Part shown: positions 57,650-64,000 of the stretch, piece by piece
How the letters are laid out: each line of letters starts with the position of its first letter
Position numbering within the stretch: the first letter of the stretch is position 1
Assembly: GCF_000181795.1 (NCBI RefSeq)
Contig: NW_003526940.1
Span: 823,570-887,569, forward strand
Source: Trichinella spiralis
Taxonomy: Eukaryota
Length of the DNA: 64,000 nt
Reading direction: 5' to 3'
The notes under the pieces: generated by a model
What the model saw: only the letters and a program-made list of their open reading frames with translations
Databases searched by the model: none
Told to the model about the DNA's origin: nothing
Made by a program: the position numbers and the translations under genes

Positions 57650-58000
57650 ATTATATGGCAATGCTTCTTCGTCATAGATGGCCGGGATGAATTTGGTTTC
57701 TTTGGCACTTCTTTTTTTAACACTGCCTTCTTATCCATTTTGTATACCAAGTGCTCATCATTGTCCGTGCTGCTTTTGATGTGATCTTCTTGCTTGATCA
57801 CAGCTGTCACATCCAGGTTTGTTTACATGGCACCCTTGCAGCTTTCTTTGTCGTATACCAGAACAAACTAATTGTTAATAACAAGGAACACATTCTTAAC
57901 ATTCAGGACATGCTTTGGAACATTTCCAGTATTTCTTCTGCTATCTGTATGCTTCATAAACAAGGTACATACTACCCTGTATGTTTTCTGCATCAACATC
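57650..58000 (-). mobile_element. Degenerate FLYWCH/MULE transposase fragment
   Basis: KKYWKCSK...CKGAM*TNLDVTAVIKQEDH...DEHLVYKMDKKAVLKK, with stops and frameshifts; homologous to the sequence from 62967 onward. Confidence 0.7.
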
Positions 58001-58382
58001 ACTGCAAGAACAGTATGATAACAGAATGATTGAAAACCAAACAACTAGAAAACAGTTATTCTTATAATACTGTGTCAAAATAAATTTTTAAATAAACTAT
58101 TTTCAATATTAATATCCAGTAACAAAACAAAGCAAAACATCAAAACGAATTAGCTAGCAACATTGAACATTTTTATTTAAACACTTTCTTAGCATTCAAC
58201 AGATAAAATTTTCATTCCACCTTACAGTCTAAAAGAGTTTAGAAATATTTTTCATTTTATAAATCAAATTGTACATAAAAGAATAGTTCAGTTTTGCAAA
58301 CTATAATATAATAAATAATTTGAAATTTCAGTATTTTCTTGAACAACATGAAGAAGTTCAATAATAATGTAGATGATTTATT

Positions 58383-58892
58383 TCACTGGCAGTTGTTCGG
58401 TTGAGATGAGATTGGTGGGAAAATTATTCCATGCAGCACCGCAGCACCACTGCAACTTGGCATGAACAACCAAAGAAAGAAAACACATTTGAGCAGCCAA
58501 TATACTGTATTAATGTAGCTAATGGAGTAAACAAAAAAATCAACAATTGCAAATAAGCCAAAAATAATCCAGTACAATAATAAGCATTGATATGAAGTAT
58601 TTTTTTCAGTTGATTTAACTTTTTCCAAACTTTTCACCGCTGGATAAGCAAAACAGATCGAATTGCACAGCAGTTCCGCACTTTCACTGAATAGCAAAAA
58701 CAAAGTAATCACAGATGCTAACAAAGTTGCAGCTTCACAACGATTTCGTCCAGTTTTTTCTTCAATTTTATTAAAAACTTTCCCAACAAATGTTTTATTA
58801 TCACTGATGATATCAAAAAGATCGAAAAAAATTCCTTGAACAGCTGTTGCAAATTTCAAGAAGTATAAAATATAGATACCCACTTCGACCAT
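58383..58892 (-). CDS. REEP5/DP1/Yop1 family protein, copy 2
   Basis: Near-identical inverted paralog of 22418-22927. Confidence 0.88.
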   Translation of the reverse strand: MVEVGIYILYFLKFATAVQGIFFDLFDIISDNKTFVGKVFNKIEEKTGRNRCEAATLLASVITLFLLFSESAELLCNSICFAYPAVKSLEKVKSTEKNTSYQCLLLYWIIFGLFAIVDFFVYSISYINTVYWLLKCVFFLWLFMPSCSGAAVLHGIIFPPISSQPNNCQ

Positions 58893-60147
58893 AGTTATCA
58901 AAATATTATTAAATTTTCTTTTCCTTTTCTCATAATTTAAATTCAAAATTGTTTAAACAACTTCAACGCACAGTTTAAAATTTTAAACGTCGAAAATTGC
59001 TCAGCGCTTATAGTTTAAAGTAATTTCAATTTTAATTTCAACCAACGTTTGCAAATACAATTCTGTTTTCAAGAATTAAATTTATAAATTTATCAAACAA
59101 TTTCTTTACTTCTGAGATTCTTCTTCTTCAGCAAATTCCTAAATTACACTTGTCCTTTCATACTTCAACTCCTGTTTGGCTTTCTGCAATTTCTCTTTCA
59201 TTAATAACAAAGCAAATGTAAAAAAACATATAACGCAATAATGATACACAAAAAATACACATTTCTTACCTAACTTATTGTTAATAAAATCAATCAAATA
59301 TAACAATAGATAAAAATAACACAAACATTCTTACACACTAACTTTGTTGTTTCTTTTCTCTGCCATACAATCAGATCTCTTTAATGATTATCTGTAAAGC
59401 ACCAATTATATGAAAAATAAACTTTTATTCTTTGTTGGAACATGAACTATGAATACTAAATTTATATTTTAATCAACAGTTATACATCTTGCAATAATAA
59501 AATAAGTAACAAAATGAAAAATAAACATATTACAAAAAGGCATAAAAACAAATTGGAGTAAAGGAAAAGATGTGGTGAAAGGAAGAACAGGCTGCAGCTG
59601 TATTTTGACGACTGTATATAAATCAACAGCAGTAATGGCGTGCTCAGCATACATGTTCACTTGAAAGTGTTTGGTATCTCTAATTCATTACATTTCCCAG
59701 TTGTTTTGCAATAAACTCAAGCTACAACCGCAAACAGTCGAAAAACAAAAGCACTGATTTGTAAAGGAGAAAAATTGAGAGATTAGGGCAAACGGAATTA
59801 CCGAAAAGTGAGAAAAATGCAATGATTTACCTCATCATCGATAGGAACAATTAGCTGCAGGAAGCATACATCATAGTTTTACCTATATGCAACTTCTTCA
59901 ACAATTATGTAAATTTCATTTTTCTTCATTCAAATTCAGCTAAATTTATGTGAGATAATTATTAAAAACAAGAATCTTCTAAAAATAAATATTCTTAATA
60001 ATGACCAATTATAGTAGATAAATCAAACGGATTTAATAAATAAATCTAATTAGGAATGGCAAACATTTGTAAGAATAAATAAAAATAACCGAATGTTTTG
60101 CACGAATAATCTTAATCCGTTTAGATAAATCAGAGAGACAAGAGAAG

Positions 60148-62011
60148 ATGCAAAAGTACGTTCAGCTGCTTGTACATTTTCTATTAATGCTTCTTTCACA
60201 ATCACAAAATCCTAAATGCCGAGCAAATAATGGCGTTGCTGAAGTAGACTGGTCGGTTACAAAGAATTATTTGAAAAAGAAATTACAGCATCATTAAACT
60301 GCCATCACATGAGAGTACTTTCAGGGCAATATTATACAAAGCTCCAGGACAGACCAGAGGCAAAATTATCGTTTCAGATAGCGCCGGTGCATGGGTGGAT
60401 GGAAACGCGGAGCTTACACAACAAGGTGGACAATCGTTTGGAGTTACACTAGAACATGTTGTAACGAATAACAATAACATAAAATTCCTTGCATACAACA
60501 ATGTTCCACCATTAATGCCCAACGTAAAAACAAAGTCAAATAGCAAAGGTATGAAAATGAATCTCAAAACTTTCAGTATTAAATTGTCCAACCATTTTAA
60601 GGAGTGATAATTCTGCAAACACCTGTTAATACTGATGCCGCTTCATGGATTGTCCATACTGTACCTGGATTTCCAGCTGCAAAAACGGGCTACAGCTGGC
60701 CAGTAGCTGAAAATGCTAAAGGACATTTATTAATTTGTTTGACCATTTCAAAAAGCCAAATAAATGCCATAGGTTTGATTGACGTTCATTCAAACTGTTA
60801 ACACTTAATTCATATTTATAAAACATTCATTTCAACCCACGTAAAATTAGCACCTTTTACCAAGAGCAAAATTGAAATTTTCAAGTGCAGTCACTTAATG
60901 GACCATTATCATATGTAATATAAATAAAATATTTAGTTAACGGCACTTTAAAAAGAGAAACAAGATTGTACTGATACACTGAATTCGTATCTGATGGTAC
61001 TTTTTGTTTAGCTGCATCATTGCTTCGTGCTGAGCCTTTAGTACATTATAATGATATTCCCGAAACTGAAACCGTAGGAATGCAATATTTCAAAAAATTA
61101 TCAGATGGACAGTTTCCAACAATTCCTCCATATTTGTCAAGGCAATCGATTAAAACAGCAGCACAGGCTGCGGTAACTGTAAACGTTTACAGCAAGTCAG
61201 CAACATCTAGATATGGTAAGTAGTGGCAAACAACAGTATGAAAAATTTATTTTTAATACTTTATGTAATTATAAATGAAAATGCATATTCAAAAAAGAAG
61301 ATACAAATTTGAAATACCAAAAATATTTGAATGATATAAAGTGAAATTTACAATTAATAAATGCATATAAAATATTATATTTGCTATGAATATATGATGA
61401 TTGATTTATCAAATGTGCAAATTAAAAGATAGAGGAATATTTTTCAAATTTCTGTAATACAGACAATGCGCCTTCGCATTCAATGAAGCTTGAAAATAAA
61501 ATTCTGACCTTCTGCACTTTAATGTATTAAAAAGCATATTTTGATATCTTGCATTTGTTATATCAATATGAAATATGTAGCAAGTAAATTATTCCACTTC
61601 AGAACAAATAAAATAAAACTTTTAGAAATATACAAGAGAGTGATCGTAAAAGCTCTTAAAAAAACGATAAAGGTGTGGTCAAGAAGAGACAATAAACTCA
61701 AAGGAGACTGTAGAGTATTGGAAAGAAATATTCGTTTAATTAAAAGCCCTGCACGAGTTGGCGATCACAACACTAATCTTGATGCTGATTTGTCAAACTG
61801 GGCTGTTTCTGATCCTGGAAATATATTTTGCTTCATTGATAGGCCATATGCTGTAAATAGATGAAAAAATTTTCAATAATTGAAATGCTAATTTTTTTCA
61901 ATTTAGAAAAACCAAACCGTCCAATCTGCGATGGCAGTTTGTATTGATCAAGTTGCTATTTTCGCCAGATTTAATGACATTGCTGCTCAGGTTGAAAACT
62001 GTCCGCAGTGA
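60148..62011 (+). CDS. DNase II / plancitoxin-1-like secreted protein, copy 4
   Basis: ATG 60148 (MQKYVQLLVHFLLMLLSQSQNPKCR) and six homologous exons. The paralogs' TAG is CAG here, so the adjacent TGA is used (+1 Gln). Confidence 0.9.
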
Positions 62012-62582
62012 AAATATCCACGAAATAAAATGCCAGATTTATTTGCATTTTATAAATTAAACAGAAGTCTTTTGCATTTTAAGTTTTATCCAATCAACAT
62101 TTATTTCTTTATGTAGAATACTACACGGATCAATGCGGAAATGCTAATAAAATAGCGTAATTTATTTGCGAACTAGTGTTAAACGTAAAATAGCTTTTCT
62201 TTGAACAGCCGATGAGAAAAATGTGGGCGAAATGAAGTTGGATAGCACCCCGTGAAAAACGAGAAGATACTCTTAGAAATTTTTATTGGAACTATCCTAA
62301 CTAAAAAAAACTTCGCAGTTAACTGGTAAACTAAATAAATTAATAATAAAATATCTGACTGTATGAGAATAGCGTGAAGTAATTTGAATAAGTTATTTGC
62401 AGCAGAATGGTTTGTGAGCGAAGTTTCATGAAAAAAGCTGATCAGCACGCGAGCAGTGTTCAGATACGGTCAGCTGAAACAAGGACTCATTTAGAGTTTT
62501 AAATTCATAGTTTTCATTAAATACGCCACCTCATTAAAACTGATTTCAGGCAACCGTATTTTACATGGCAAATGTTCAGTTG

Positions 62583-62966
62583 TGCCAGTTTTCAACTTGA
62601 GCAGTAATGTCATTAAACACGGCAAAAATGTCAGCAGGATCAAGCTGTCAACGCAGATTCTACTGTTTGATTTTTCTAAATTAAGGATAAATTATCATTT
62701 CAGTTATTAAAAACCATCAAAAGAGTAATTTCAGTTTATATATTTATAGCATATGTTCTGACTGTGTGGTAAAATGGATTCAGCCCAGTTTGTCAAATCA
62801 GCCTCAAGATTGGTGTCGTGGTTGCCAACTCCAACAGGGTTTTTGATTTAACAAAAATTTCTCTGAAGTTCTCCTTTGAGCTTACTGTTTCTTCTTGACT
62901 ACACTTGTATGGTTTTTGTAAAAGCTTTTACAATCACTTTCTTCTGTATTTCTAAAAATTTTAATT
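62583..62966 (-). pseudogene. DNase II-like pseudogene fragment (last two exons only)
   Basis: Homology to exons 5-6 (IVKAF..., GNHDTNLEADLTNWA, FNDITAQVENW) with deletions and stops. Cut at 62966 by the MULE remnant. Confidence 0.85.
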
Positions 62967-63650
62967 GATGATGGATGGAGCACTTAGCATACAAACTGGA
63001 AAAGAAGGCGGTTTCAAAACAGAGAAATGCTGAAGAAACTTAACCCATCCTGTCCATCTATGACGAAGAAGCGTCCTTCGCCTCCGCTGAACCATCAGCA
63101 TGTGACCTTTTTTTGATTTTTAAACAGGTGAAGTCCACTAAGTCCCTGGGCAAAACACTTCCCAACATTTCCTGAATATTGTCGGGGTATACATATACCT
63201 GGAACATTCAAGGCAACATTTGATTTTTTGTTTTGAGACATTGATTCAAAGCATATATTGGTATTCGCTGTGGGTGCAAATCTTAGACAAATGGGGAAAA
63301 CCGTTTATACCCAATAGAAATTGAAACAAAAAAATAAAAATGCTCTTTGCTACCGCTTTCCTCCCTGTACCGTAGTTCATACTGGTGTTAGCCTACTTGA
63401 AAGAGGCACCACGTTAAGTTTATTAGCTTTATTTCAATATTTTTGGCAGGAGTGGATGACCAATTACAGGATGTCGCTTTGGAATGCACGTGATGTAAAT
63501 ATCAGAACTAATAACTATTTGGAAGGTTGGCATAATCGGCTCAACAATAAAGCGGTTGGAAACAAACTTGGGTTTAACAAACTGCTTCTGCTCTTGCTGC
63601 AAGAACAGGATGTAATGGAAACTTTAATGCCGTCTTCCAAGTGCTAATTT
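62967..63650 (+). mobile_element. Degenerate MULE/Mutator transposase remnant
   Basis: EHLAYKLEKKAV...IYDEEAS and the MULE motif RTNNYLEGWHNRLN, with internal deletions. Confidence 0.8.
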
Positions 63651-64000
63651 TGCATTATAGTTTACTGACTGCTTTATTTCCTTTTTCATTGTTTCTATTT
63701 GTTGTTACTGATCACTTATATTTGTTTATTTTACTTTTTATTGTTCATCATTGTTGTTATCTATGTTATTTACTGTTGTTTGTTATTGATGCTATTCTCT
63801 GCTATTTAGTGCTGATATTATTGTTGGTGTTGAATATTGAAAAATACAAAATTATTTCTTTGTATTTGTTGACCTATTGATATGCCATTTCATCAAACTT
63901 AATTTAGTTACAATAATAATGAAGTGAAGAAAATTCTTTTTTAATAGTATTGTCTCTGGTCACTGGAAGTGATCACTAAAAAGTGCAAAATGGAAAAACA

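Overview
AT-rich, intron-containing eukaryotic DNA with short GT-AG introns and two assembly gaps (23552-24370, 26907-26916). The expanded DNase II/plancitoxin-like family lacking the catalytic histidines, together with the TE families present, points to a Trichinella-type (clade I) nematode; this is inference, not a database result. Single-copy genes read from the sequence: USE1 SNARE, eIF4E-transporter (4E-T/Cup/IFET-1-like, 5' end in a gap), an Sts/UBASH3-type histidine phosphatase, PRP38A, a C-type lectin with a glycosylation-sequon stalk, a solitary histone H2A and an RPA3-like OB-fold protein. Around them is a duplication-rich accessory cluster: four intact secreted DNase II-like genes plus one pseudogene, three polyubiquitin genes (an intron in every repeat, non-identical units) and two REEP5/Yop1 genes, the latter in a ~4 kb inverted duplication with DNase II. 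TEs include BEL/Pao LTR elements, solo LTRs, hAT remnants and a MITE, a piggyBac-type MITE confirmed by an empty paralogous site, a Ginger-like integrase element and FLYWCH-MULE fragments. The most interesting signals are a box C/D snoRNA candidate in PRP38 intron 4 with an 18S guide, variant ubiquitins (G28/S28/M55) with a decaying fourth unit, a possibly recurring DNaseII-DNaseII-polyubiquitin block, mosaic DNase II paralogs, a BEL element with an inverted integrase, and RPA3 in a nematode. I found no clearly new multi-gene system; these are leads. All alignments were done by eye and reference motifs recalled from memory.
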